From contig JAZKFB010000001.1 in assembly GCA_040386695.1 (NCBI GenBank), forward strand, positions 8,236 to 72,235: 64,000 bases of DNA. The letters run 5' to 3'. Below are positions 17,079 to 26,608 of this stretch, one piece after another. The DNA comes from Verrucomicrobiota bacterium (GTDB lineage: Bacteria; Verrucomicrobiota; Verrucomicrobiia; Verrucomicrobiales; V1-33). Position numbers and translations under genes: made by a program. The notes below the pieces were generated by a model, which did not search any database, was not told where the DNA came from, and was given only the letters and a program-made list of their open reading frames with translations. The stretch's first letter is position 1. Each line of letters starts with the position of its first letter.

Positions 17079-19811
17079 ATGGTTTCCGCCCCCAACGGCT
17101 ATTTCTACCGGGACCTCGTGTGGTATGATCTGCCGCGTGGGGACGCGCTTCTGGTGAAGGGATTCCGGATCGCGCTGCAGGATGTTTCCGGAGCCGGGGT
17201 GGACCTCCTCAATGATTTTCACTCCGCGATGAGCAACCTGCTTTTCGCGCTGCCGGACGGTCTGCACATGCAGAGCCAGTGGAGGGTGACCAGCGATTAC
17301 CGCGACGCGCTGGGACCTTATAAACAGCGCACTCACGCTGCCGCCTCCAATGAATGGTCGAGGTTTTCGCGTGAGGAGATTTTCTTCCGCCTGACGGAGC
17401 AGATGGAGCGCGGTCAGCTGCGGCGTGAGGAGCACATTCTGTGGTTCTCCAAACACGTGCCCACCCCGCTGGGCCGGGCGCTTTCGACCGCAGGCTCGGT
17501 GGAGAGGCACGTCGCCATGCTGGCGGAACGGGAAAATGCGGCCTTCAGCAATCTGCACCGGGCTTTGCAGCAGAGCTTTGGATCATTCGGGCAGGTGACG
17601 CCTCTGGATGAATCCGAGAACTTCCTGAACTGCCGCAACTTCCTCAATCCCTCGCTCCGCAATCAGGCCCGCGAGGCCGCGTTGCGGGAGTTTGATCCGG
17701 AGGCCTCCATCCAGGACCTGACCTTCCGGAGCGACGGCATCGCGCTTCAGGACGGGCATGCGAGCTTCCATTTCGCGGGGCACTACCACACGCTCTTTGT
17801 CATCTCCCGCTGGCCCGCGCGGGTGCGCCCGCTGGACATTCTCGCCATCACGCGTCTGCCGTTCAATGACTACGTCATCACGACGAACGTGATCCCCAAA
17901 AACACCCGCGAGGAAATCAGCCGGGAGGAAAAACTGATTGAGCGGCTGGAGGGCGATTTTCAGTCCGGGCGCAAACGCCACCTGCTCACCGCCAAGCAGC
18001 GGAAGGAACAGAAAGTGGATCAGCTGGCGGGCGGCTACACGCGGCTCTTCTCCACGCTGCAGATCGTGAGGGTCTGGGACCGGACTTTGGATGGTCTCAT
18101 CACCAAGTGCGAAATGATGAAGGCGGCCATCTCCGATCTCGGGGCGCAGTATTACCACGTCACAAGGGGCAGCACGGCGCGGAATTTGTTCATGCAGACC
18201 TGGCCGGGTTTTACCCGGAGCAAGTATCGCGGGTATGATCTTGAGGCCAGCAATCACTCGCTGGCGGCGCTGCTGCCGTTTTCCAGCACCTTCACAGGAC
18301 AGCTGGCGGAGGCGGAGGCCCTTTTCCATGGATCCTCACGGAATGTGGTGGGCCTGAAAACCTTCGCGGGAGCCACGCCGCAGCACATGCTGGTTCTGGG
18401 CGGCACGGGCGCGGGAAAGAGCGTTTTCATGAACGCCCTGCTTTCCCAGACGGAGCCGGACTATCACCGCACGGTCATTATCGAGGAGGGATTCAGCTAC
18501 GCCATTTATACCCGGACGCTGGGAGCCGAGCCCATTGTGCTTCAGCTCGACGGGGAACTTACCGTCAATTATCTCGACACCAACGGCCTTCCTCTGACCC
18601 ATCACCACATCGGCACCGTCGCTGCCCTGTGCCTTCAGATGGCGGGCGTGTCCGGCAGCGCGGACGTGAACAAACTGCGTCTGGGGCAGATCGGCGAATA
18701 CATCAATCAGGCTTATGGCGACGCCGCTGAGGACTGGCTGATGGCTCATCCGGAAAAACAGGAAAACCTTCAGAGGCTCGGCTTTGCGCTGGAGAAATGG
18801 CGCGCCGGTCACATGCCCGGAGGCAGCACCTTCCTCGACACCTGGCTCGATTTCCGCCATGCCCTGCGGGAAACCCCGGAAGCGGCGGAGCAATTTTTAT
18901 CGGCTGCCGACCCGGGGGAGATTCTGGCCTGGGCGAAGACCCGGGATGGCGAAACGGTCTGCCGTCACCTCATCTTCGCGGAATGGAGCCATGAGGATTA
19001 CGCGAGCCTCACCCACAGCACCATTTACATGGCCCTGCGGTATTCGCCGATGCCGCACCACGACCGCCGGGAAATCAACTGGCTGGCCGACATGCTGGGC
19101 ATCTGGACACGGGAAACCGGTCAACGGGGCAAGTTCTTTGATGGCGTTTCCAACATCGATCTGAATCAGCGGGTGCTGCATTTCGAGCTGTCGCTCATTC
19201 CGGAAAGCGCGGCGGACTTCAAAGCCGCGGCCGGGTTTCTGCTCAACAACGTCGTGCGGCACGCCATCATGACGGACCCGCGCGGCTGGCGGAAGCGCAT
19301 CATTTTCGAGGAGGCGCCGAGGTTCTTCAATGTGCCCGGCGGCGAGGAGATCGTGGCCGCCTCCTACGCGACCTACCGTAAATACTCGACATGGCTGGTG
19401 GCTGTGGCCCAGCAGCTTTCGCAGATTCCGGAGAAGCTGCGGCCCGTGCTGATCGGGAACTCGCAAATCAAGATCATCTTCCGCCAAAAGTCGACCACCG
19501 ATCTTGAGCTGCTGGCGGAGGAGCTGCGGATGCCCGCCGTGACGGTGGACACCATCCGCAACTATCCCTCGCCCGAGCATCTTCCGGCCTCCGACCGTTA
19601 TTCCGCCTGCACTTACTGGAGCGAGCAGGCGGGCCGCCCGGTCAACGGCACCATCCGCGTCTATGCCTGTCCGGAGATGCTGTATCTGGCCTCCTCCGAT
19701 GGTGACCTCCACGAGGAGCGAGCCCGCGCCCTCAAAGCCTGGCCCAGCGTGGTCCAAGGAATCCTTGAGGAGGTGGCGCGCCGCCAAAGCCGTGTCCCGC
19801 AATCCGTATGA
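17079..19811 (+). CDS. trbE: TrbE/VirB4 T4SS ATPase
   Basis: 910 aa. Walker A is LVLGGTGAGKS and Walker B is RKRIIFEEAPRF. Confidence 0.9.
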   Translation: MVSAPNGYFYRDLVWYDLPRGDALLVKGFRIALQDVSGAGVDLLNDFHSAMSNLLFALPDGLHMQSQWRVTSDYRDALGPYKQRTHAAASNEWSRFSREEIFFRLTEQMERGQLRREEHILWFSKHVPTPLGRALSTAGSVERHVAMLAERENAAFSNLHRALQQSFGSFGQVTPLDESENFLNCRNFLNPSLRNQAREAALREFDPEASIQDLTFRSDGIALQDGHASFHFAGHYHTLFVISRWPARVRPLDILAITRLPFNDYVITTNVIPKNTREEISREEKLIERLEGDFQSGRKRHLLTAKQRKEQKVDQLAGGYTRLFSTLQIVRVWDRTLDGLITKCEMMKAAISDLGAQYYHVTRGSTARNLFMQTWPGFTRSKYRGYDLEASNHSLAALLPFSSTFTGQLAEAEALFHGSSRNVVGLKTFAGATPQHMLVLGGTGAGKSVFMNALLSQTEPDYHRTVIIEEGFSYAIYTRTLGAEPIVLQLDGELTVNYLDTNGLPLTHHHIGTVAALCLQMAGVSGSADVNKLRLGQIGEYINQAYGDAAEDWLMAHPEKQENLQRLGFALEKWRAGHMPGGSTFLDTWLDFRHALRETPEAAEQFLSAADPGEILAWAKTRDGETVCRHLIFAEWSHEDYASLTHSTIYMALRYSPMPHHDRREINWLADMLGIWTRETGQRGKFFDGVSNIDLNQRVLHFELSLIPESAADFKAAAGFLLNNVVRHAIMTDPRGWRKRIIFEEAPRFFNVPGGEEIVAASYATYRKYSTWLVAVAQQLSQIPEKLRPVLIGNSQIKIIFRQKSTTDLELLAEELRMPAVTVDTIRNYPSPEHLPASDRYSACTYWSEQAGRPVNGTIRVYACPEMLYLASSDGDLHEERARALKAWPSVVQGILEEVARRQSRVPQSV

Positions 19812-20233
19812 ATATCCCAGTCCTCGCCGCCGCCTGCGGTTTCTTTCTTATTGCCGGTCTGTCCTCCTGCGCCACCGCCCGGAAAGGCCTGACGTATGTT
19901 GCGGGCGCGGGGGCGGGAGCCGCCGCCGGTTATCATTTTTCGGATGGTGATCCGCTCTGGACAGCCGCTGGTGCCGTGGGCGGGACCGCGCTGGCCGCCG
20001 GAGCCAACGCCCTCGGCGATGCTGAGGTCCAAAAGGCCAAAGACGAGGGCTACGCGGCAGGGCAGGGGGACGCGGTCCGCCAGCATTACTGGATGCTGCA
20101 GCGCAACCAGCAGAACAGCCGCGAGGCCGAATACGGCACCGAGAACACCTACAACATCACCATTCCGCCCGGGACGGACGCCTACGGAGTCCGTCGTGTG
20201 GCGCGGGACGCCACAGTCAGAATCATTGAATAA
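19808..20233 (+). CDS. Glycine-zipper lipoprotein
   Basis: Lipobox LIAGLSSC. The protein has G/A-rich zippers (GAGAGAAAGY, AAGAVGGTALAAGANALG). Its start overlaps the trbE stop (ATGA). Confidence 0.6.
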   Translation: MNIPVLAAACGFFLIAGLSSCATARKGLTYVAGAGAGAAAGYHFSDGDPLWTAAGAVGGTALAAGANALGDAEVQKAKDEGYAAGQGDAVRQHYWMLQRNQQNSREAEYGTENTYNITIPPGTDAYGVRRVARDATVRIIE

Positions 20234-20249
20234 CATTTTTGTCCCCACC

Positions 20250-21059
20250 ATGAAAAAGCCTCTTCCCGTCATCACATTTCTGGCCTCTCTGGCCTTCACA
20301 TCCACCACCAGCCGTGCGACCGGCATTCCCGTGGTGGACGCCCTGCACGTCAGCGTGTCGGAGGTGAACTGGATTCAGAATCTCTCGCAGTGGTTCACCT
20401 CCGCCGCCAACCAGGTGGAGCAGATCGGAAATCAGGTCCAGCAGATCCGGCAGATGGTGGATTACCTGGAGAGATATGGGAACCCTCAGGATCTGGCCGG
20501 ACAGCTGGGAATGGAAAAGATCCAGCAGCTCGGGGAACTGACCGCCGCGGGCGACAGCTACCGCGACATGGTTGACCATGCCGACGGGACTTACGCGCTG
20601 CGGCGCACGGCGGAGGGAATATTCAGAAAACTGCCGGACCGGATGGCGGACGGCACCGCACTCAACCTCGATCCTGACGCCTTCCGGAAATTTGCCCTCC
20701 ATGGCCAACTGACCGATTCCTACTACCAGCGCTCGGGCGACCTGAAAACAGCGCGGGAGGAAATCCGCGCTGAAATTGAACGCACCCTCAAGGAGGTGGA
20801 CAGCGCCTCCACGGATGCCGAAGTCGCCCGCGCCACTGCCAAACTCACCGGCCTTTCCGCGCAGCAGGAGCAGCTGAGCCGCGAGGAGGCGCTGGCCGCC
20901 GCCCAGTCCACCGTCGCCGCCAACGACATCACCATCAACAATCAGGCCCGCAGACAGGCCGCCGCCACAGCCTACGATCAGGAGCACGACAAGGCCATGA
21001 AGGCGGCGACGCGCTTTACAGTTCCTGAGCCGAAAAGCGCCGGAGCCATCCCGGAGTGA
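20250..21059 (+). CDS. trbJ: TrbJ/VirB5-like protein
   Basis: A signal peptide is followed by ATGIPVVDALHV and a coiled-coil-rich body. It sits between VirB4 and VirB6. Confidence 0.7.
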   Translation: MKKPLPVITFLASLAFTSTTSRATGIPVVDALHVSVSEVNWIQNLSQWFTSAANQVEQIGNQVQQIRQMVDYLERYGNPQDLAGQLGMEKIQQLGELTAAGDSYRDMVDHADGTYALRRTAEGIFRKLPDRMADGTALNLDPDAFRKFALHGQLTDSYYQRSGDLKTAREEIRAEIERTLKEVDSASTDAEVARATAKLTGLSAQQEQLSREEALAAAQSTVAANDITINNQARRQAAATAYDQEHDKAMKAATRFTVPEPKSAGAIPE

Positions 21060-21078
21060 GATTATCCCCCAGTTCATT

Positions 21079-21285
21079 ATGAAATTGTTATTGATTTGTT
21101 CCGCTGGAATCCTTGGCTTCGCGGCCTGTGACGGAAAAAACGAGCGTCCGGCCGAAAGCGTGAAGGATGCCGCCAGTAAACGGCTTGAGGCGGCAAAAAA
21201 GTTTGACCGCGAGCACGATCAGGCGATGAAGGAAGCCACCAAATTCAAGGTTCCTGAGCCGAAACCCGCCGGTCCTATCCGATAA
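21079..21285 (+). CDS. Small lipoprotein in the TrbK (entry-exclusion) position
   Basis: 68 aa with lipobox GFAAC. It lies between trbJ and trbL, as in RP4. Its C-terminal 27 aa are homologous to the TrbJ C-terminal tail. Confidence 0.5.
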   Translation: MKLLLICSAGILGFAACDGKNERPAESVKDAASKRLEAAKKFDREHDQAMKEATKFKVPEPKPAGPIR

Positions 21286-21318
21286 GGGAAGGATTCATCG
21301 GCATCCAAAAACACTGTC

Positions 21319-22688
21319 ATGATTGCGGAAATCGGGATCAATCCGGGGGAATTATGGGGCCGGATCATGGCGTTCTTCAGTGACTTCGACGCCATGTTTC
21401 CCGGCTTCCGGGCGGTGATCTCGCAGGCGCGGATCCCGTTTTATTCCATCGCCTTTGTCCTCCTTGTCTACCGGCTGGTGCGGATTCTCAGCGGTCCGGG
21501 AACGTCCGCGGCGGGTAATCTGCGGGCCGTCGCGCAGGCTGCCGCATTCACTGGCCTCGTAGCCTTCTGCGTCCCCGCCGTGCAGACCATGCAGACGGCT
21601 TTTGATTCACTGGCCACCCAGGTGGGCTATGAGGGTTCCCCAAAGGTGCTGGAGGAGAAAAAGGAGGAGGTGCTCACCCAGCTCAATCACGGCACCCTGG
21701 AACAGCAGAAGGGCGGCAGCACGGTTCGCTCTATTACATTTTCCATCCCGGCGAGGCGGTCCAGGATGGCGCGGACGGAGTTGTCAACGCTTTCTATGGC
21801 GCGGTGGTCCAGCTGGTGATGTTTGTGTGCACGCTGCTTTTCAAGCTGGCCTCGCTCATCATGTGGGCGTTCTGGCTCGCGCAGCAGTTTTTGCTTTTGT
21901 TCAACAGCATCTTCCTCCCGGCTTTCGTGGCCATGCTCGCGGTGGGCGGACTGAGTGGTCTCGGATCACGTTATGTCATGGGCCTGGTCGGCCTGCTCGC
22001 CTGGCCGCTGGGCTGGGCGTTCATCAATGCCGGGACCTCCGCCATGCTGGAATCGGTCGGTGAAACCCTGCAAAATTCCCAAGGCTGGGAAGTGGGAGCT
22101 TATTTGTGGGCCGTGGCCATCTGCATGATCATTCCGTTCTGGATCATCATCGGCTACGCGGTCGCTCCGTTTGTCATCCAGCGCATGGTCACGAGCGGCG
22201 GCAATGCCGCCCAGGGAATGTTCAGCGCCATGGGACGGGCGGCGGTAAACACCGCCTCCCTGGCCACCGGTCAAGGCTTGTTATCGGCCTCCACCCCCCG
22301 CAACATTACAGGCACAGGAACAGGGGGCGGGAATGATGCCGGAGACGGAGGAGGAGGCCGGAGTAATGCCGGAGGCTCCGTTCCGCATCCTCCCGGCGGG
22401 ATGAACGGCGGTGGTTCGCTGGCGGGAACCCGTCAGGCTGACCCATCCGCCCGTCCAGGCGGACAAGGCGGCACTTCCGCCGGGGCGGAGCCGGAATCGG
22501 ACGCCGTTTCCGCCGCCGCCGCCCGGCGGGGAGCCTCCATGGCTGCCGCCGCTGAAGAATCCTCCGGGGCAGGATCCCCGCCGCCTCCAGTTCTGGATTC
22601 CGCCGGAGAGGATATTTCCGACCGGCTCACGAATTCCTCGCGGAGAGCCAGAGCGGCTCTTTCCTCAACCCCGGTCCCCGCAGCCTAA
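21319..22688 (+). CDS. trbL: TrbL/VirB6-like polytopic membrane protein, split across two frames near 21.72 kb
   Basis: Two ORFs (21319-21819 and 21804-22688) both have multi-TM character. The sensible reading switches from frame 1 to frame 0 around 21715-21725. The G/P/A-rich C-terminal tail is typical of TrbL. Confidence 0.6.
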
Positions 22689-22718
22689 CCCGCCTAGCCG
22701 TTTCTCCGGCCAATTCCC

Positions 22719-23519
22719 ATGCCCTCCGTGATCTCCGAGCCAGAGCCTGAATCCATCCCCGTTCCTCACCGGCGGCCGGACAAACCGCGTCCTCCCCGCG
22801 AACTGATGAGCCGTTTCCGCGACCGCCGTCTGCTGGCTTTGCTGGTGGTCCTGCTGATTATCACCAACGCTCTCGTGCCCATGGCACTGGTGTGGATGCT
22901 TTACCGTGAGCAGATCGTGGTCGTCGCCGATGAGCAGGGCAACATGGTGATCGGCCCGGGAATGGATTTTCCGGACGCCTCCAGGCTCCATTCCATGGCC
23001 GGGCTCATGGCCACCAAGTCGCTGCTGGAGCGCAATCCCACGGGCTTTGACACTCCGGAAATGGTCCGCAACATGTTCATGCGCGACGCCTTCAAAAAGG
23101 CCCAGATCGAAATCACCGCCGCCATGCCGGAGCTGGGCCGCAGGGAGATTCATCAGAAGGTGGAGATTTCCAGCGTTGACGTGACCGGCGTCAGGCAGGC
23201 GGGTTCCGTGCAGGTTTATTACATCAAAACCACCGGTCAAATTATCCGCAACGGGCGGCTGGAGGGCACCGCGATTCAGGAGGCGGATAACTTTTCCATC
23301 CAGTACGAAATGTGGCGCAATCCGCGACTCACCCGCAACGGACGTTATCCGCTGGTGGTGACCAATTACCGCTATCTCCAGCTTGAACCCGCCAGCCCCG
23401 CGACCACCCGGCCGGCGGAAAACCACACTCCGGAAGATCCCGGCCCGGTTGAAAGTCCCGCCACCGTGTCCGGAACGGCAGCGGCAGCCGCGGAGAAAAA
23501 CGAGGAGGAGCAGCCATGA
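22719..23519 (+). CDS. trbF: TrbF/VirB8-like bitopic protein
   Basis: 266 aa with a single TM (LLALLVVLLIITNALVPMALVWML) followed by a periplasmic domain. The position in the operon fits. Confidence 0.65.
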   Translation: MPSVISEPEPESIPVPHRRPDKPRPPRELMSRFRDRRLLALLVVLLIITNALVPMALVWMLYREQIVVVADEQGNMVIGPGMDFPDASRLHSMAGLMATKSLLERNPTGFDTPEMVRNMFMRDAFKKAQIEITAAMPELGRREIHQKVEISSVDVTGVRQAGSVQVYYIKTTGQIIRNGRLEGTAIQEADNFSIQYEMWRNPRLTRNGRYPLVVTNYRYLQLEPASPATTRPAENHTPEDPGPVESPATVSGTAAAAAEKNEEEQP

Positions 23520-24553
23520 GGAGCAGCCTTCCTTTTCTCCTGATGGTCGGCATCGCGGGGGTGCTTTCCGCGCGGAATGCGGAAGTGAACTCCGTTCCCT
23601 CGTTTTCCATTCCGGAAGCAGCTGATGATCCGGCGGCCGCTGATCCGCCGCCGTCCGCGCCAACGCCAGCGGTGGAACCGGAAAAGTCAGGGAAGCCAGG
23701 CGCTCCCGTGATCGCCACGCGGATTCTGGACCCGCAGTCCGTGATCGCCATTCCCACAGCACCCGGCATCACCACGACATTGCAGTTCCCGGAGGCCATT
23801 CAGGGCATTGATGGCGTCGGCCTGTCGTCCAAGGCGGAGGACGGCGTTCTCTACACCATCAGCCATTCGCCGGGCACAAGCATTCTCAGTTTTTCGCCGA
23901 CTTCGCCGGAAGCGCGCACCAATATAAATGTGGTGGTTCACGGCCAGGTTTACGTCTTCGTGCTGGCCGTCAATCCCGACACCGCGCTCTTCAAGCTCAC
24001 GCTGGAGAATCCTCCACCTCCGCCGCCCGATCCCCAGGCGTTCCCCGCCCCTCCCGAGCACCGGCAAAGTCTGGGTGTTTCACCGACAAAACTGATGGGA
24101 CTGATGGACAAGTGCAAAGCCTATGCCGCCCTGCGGCACGACAGTCCGGCCCACGTCGCGGATATCCGGCAGGGCAAAGGACCCTGGAAACCCACCGTGC
24201 TGGACGGCGCGGTCATCACGCCCATGGAGATTTACCGCAAAGGGGAATGGGACGCTCTGGTGATGCGACTGAGCATCCGCAACCCTTCCAGAACGCCGCT
24301 GTTTTATGACCCCGAAAGCCTGCTGGCGGGCGTCGGTCCGCAAAGCTTCCGGCCCGTTCTGACCGATGCCTCCGGCAGGGTTGGCCCGAATTCGCAGGAT
24401 GAAGCCTGGATGGTGATTCAGGGCGACGGGGCGCAGGGGACCAACAATCTGGATACCGATAACGAATTTCAGATCAGCTTCCAGAAAGTCGCGGAAGGAC
24501 AAATCACGTCTCCGCCCGGCACTGCGGACGCCAGCCTGTTTTCCGGAAAATAG
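23516..24553 (+). CDS. trbG: TrbG/VirB9-like outer-membrane core component
   Basis: 345 aa with a signal peptide. Its start overlaps the trbF stop. The position directly before VirB10 fits. Confidence 0.7.
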   Translation: MRSSLPFLLMVGIAGVLSARNAEVNSVPSFSIPEAADDPAAADPPPSAPTPAVEPEKSGKPGAPVIATRILDPQSVIAIPTAPGITTTLQFPEAIQGIDGVGLSSKAEDGVLYTISHSPGTSILSFSPTSPEARTNINVVVHGQVYVFVLAVNPDTALFKLTLENPPPPPPDPQAFPAPPEHRQSLGVSPTKLMGLMDKCKAYAALRHDSPAHVADIRQGKGPWKPTVLDGAVITPMEIYRKGEWDALVMRLSIRNPSRTPLFYDPESLLAGVGPQSFRPVLTDASGRVGPNSQDEAWMVIQGDGAQGTNNLDTDNEFQISFQKVAEGQITSPPGTADASLFSGK

Positions 24554-24556
24554 CTC

Positions 24557-25861
24557 ATGAATCCCCGCCACATCATTTCCTTTTTCAAGACCCGGAACGG
24601 GATGCTCATCCTCTTCGCCACCGGGCTTCTGACGGCTCTCGGGGTGGCCAGCACCTACACTCAAAAATCCAAAGCGGAGGCGGCGGTCAAGCGCGGGGCC
24701 AAAACCACGGCTCCCCTGTCCGAAGTGCGGCCCGCCGCTCTGGAAACGGACAGCTACACTCTCCGCCGGAATTATGCTCCGGCCAGTTTCGGAGATGGAG
24801 GAAGCCAGCGGCGCATCATCGTGCAGCAGGCGGAGGAGAAGGCCAGACGCTCGGCGGTTTCAAAACAGAAACCGAAGCAGCCTGTAAAGCCGCCGCCCAT
24901 TCAGTTTCTCCGCCTGTCCGGCAATGATGCGCGGGAAAACACTCCTGTGGCGCTTGTTTCCCCAGGCGGAAAAAACGAGGAGCTGTTTCCCGAACTGAAG
25001 AGCGATTTCGCGCCCTACGGCCGACTTCTGCGCGCAAAACTGGTCACGACCGTGGATTCCAGCAACATGGCCACGCCGGTCATCGGCCTGGTCACGCATG
25101 ATCTGTATTGGAACAACCGGCTGCTCATTCCCGCGAATTCCGAAATTCACGCCACGGCGGTGCCCGACCGCGTGCGCAACCGGATCGAGGTGAACGGCAA
25201 ATGGGTGGTGATCCTCGCGCCGGGCGGCATGTATCCGGCCAGTTCGGAACTCATTCTCCAGGGGCTGGCGCTGGACATGGATCTGGATGCCAAAGACGAC
25301 CGCTTCGGCCTCAGCGATGGCAGCGCCGGGCTGCGCGGGACGATCCTGACCAACGAGAACACCCGGGACACGGTCAAACTCTTCGCGGCCACCTTTCTCG
25401 CGGGAACCTCCGAGGGCCTGACGGACCGGCAGACCAATGCTTTTGGAACCTCCCAGGTCATCCCCTCCCTCAAAAGCGGAGCGCTGCAGGGCTCGCGCGA
25501 GATCATGGAGAAATACGCCTCGCGCATCATGGAACTGATCGAGCGGGATGGAGCCTACGTCCGGGTGCCATCCGGCAAACAGTTTTATCTCTACATCAGG
25601 GAAACCCTTCAGCTTTCCAAAGCCAGGCTGGGAGCCACGCTTGCCTCGAACGCCCTGACCTCCTCCGAACCCGTGCTCTCCGCCGCGCGCGCCGACTGGG
25701 AGCAGGCCAAGCAGGCGGAACTCGACGCCCGCCGCGCCGCCGTCATCCAGCAGATGACTGAACAGACCCAGCGGATTCAAAACATGAAGCCGCAGTCCGG
25801 CGGCTCCACCTCCACCTCACCCAAACCGGCGGCGGCCACCGGTTCCCCCGCCATCCGCTGA
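24557..25861 (+). CDS. trbI: TrbI/VirB10-like core component
   Basis: 434 aa with an N-terminal TM and a proline/lysine-rich linker. The C-terminal domain carries LLIPANSEIHATAV...RIEVNGKWVVILAPGG...GLSDGSAGLRGTI, resembling the VirB10 barrel. Confidence 0.75.
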   Translation: MNPRHIISFFKTRNGMLILFATGLLTALGVASTYTQKSKAEAAVKRGAKTTAPLSEVRPAALETDSYTLRRNYAPASFGDGGSQRRIIVQQAEEKARRSAVSKQKPKQPVKPPPIQFLRLSGNDARENTPVALVSPGGKNEELFPELKSDFAPYGRLLRAKLVTTVDSSNMATPVIGLVTHDLYWNNRLLIPANSEIHATAVPDRVRNRIEVNGKWVVILAPGGMYPASSELILQGLALDMDLDAKDDRFGLSDGSAGLRGTILTNENTRDTVKLFAATFLAGTSEGLTDRQTNAFGTSQVIPSLKSGALQGSREIMEKYASRIMELIERDGAYVRVPSGKQFYLYIRETLQLSKARLGATLASNALTSSEPVLSAARADWEQAKQAELDARRAAVIQQMTEQTQRIQNMKPQSGGSTSTSPKPAAATGSPAIR

Positions 25862-25877
25862 CCGCCTTTTTTGTCCT

Positions 25878-26606
25878 ATGCGAATTCCCCCTCTTGCCAT
25901 TATCGCGCCCCTGTTTGCCGCCGTAGCGGCGCTGCCCTCCTGCACCGCGGTGAAACCCGAGGCGGCCGCTCCGCCGCCGAAATATGGTTTCATTGAGAAC
26001 GTCCCCATGGAATCCACGGCAAATGTTCAGCGTTCCGCTGATATCCGCGCCTATCCGGTGGGCCGGTATGTGGACGCGGCCAACAGGGATGTCCTGCACG
26101 AGCGGCACATCATTTACCGCCGTGAGCGGCCCGAGCAGTGGAGACTCAACAGCGATAAGAGTTCAGGCATCCTGCTGGGTCCCACGGTCGGTCTGCGCAA
26201 TCCGGTGGCCATGACCAACCCGCCACCGCAGGCCCTCACCGCTGAACTGAACAAACAGCGGCTCATCACCCGCCAGCTTCTGGAAATCCAGGAGCGCGCC
26301 AGCTCCGGCGACGAACGCGCGCAGGCACTGCTCAGCCAGGCGGCGGCGATGAAAGACAATCAGGATAAGCTGGTCGCCCTCATTCAAAGCCACAACACCC
26401 GTCTCGATATCATGCAGCGGCAACTTGACGGCATCCGGGTTCCACCCCCTGGACTCTCCACCGTCGATTCATCCGTGCCGTCACGCCCTGCGGAACCTTC
26501 CCGTCCGGCCAGGCCCAAGCCTGAATCCTCCGGCGGCTCCAAGCCGGAAATCCCCACGGGCGACCTTGAAAAGCCCGGCCTCACGCTGCCCCTCCTGCGC
26601 CGCTGA
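25878..26606 (+). CDS. Lipoprotein with a coiled-coil and a proline-rich tail
   Basis: Lipobox AALPSC; 242 aa. It is tightly packed between trbI and the AAA+ gene. Confidence 0.55.
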   Translation: MRIPPLAIIAPLFAAVAALPSCTAVKPEAAAPPPKYGFIENVPMESTANVQRSADIRAYPVGRYVDAANRDVLHERHIIYRRERPEQWRLNSDKSSGILLGPTVGLRNPVAMTNPPPQALTAELNKQRLITRQLLEIQERASSGDERAQALLSQAAAMKDNQDKLVALIQSHNTRLDIMQRQLDGIRVPPPGLSTVDSSVPSRPAEPSRPARPKPESSGGSKPEIPTGDLEKPGLTLPLLRR

Positions 26607-26608
26607 AA

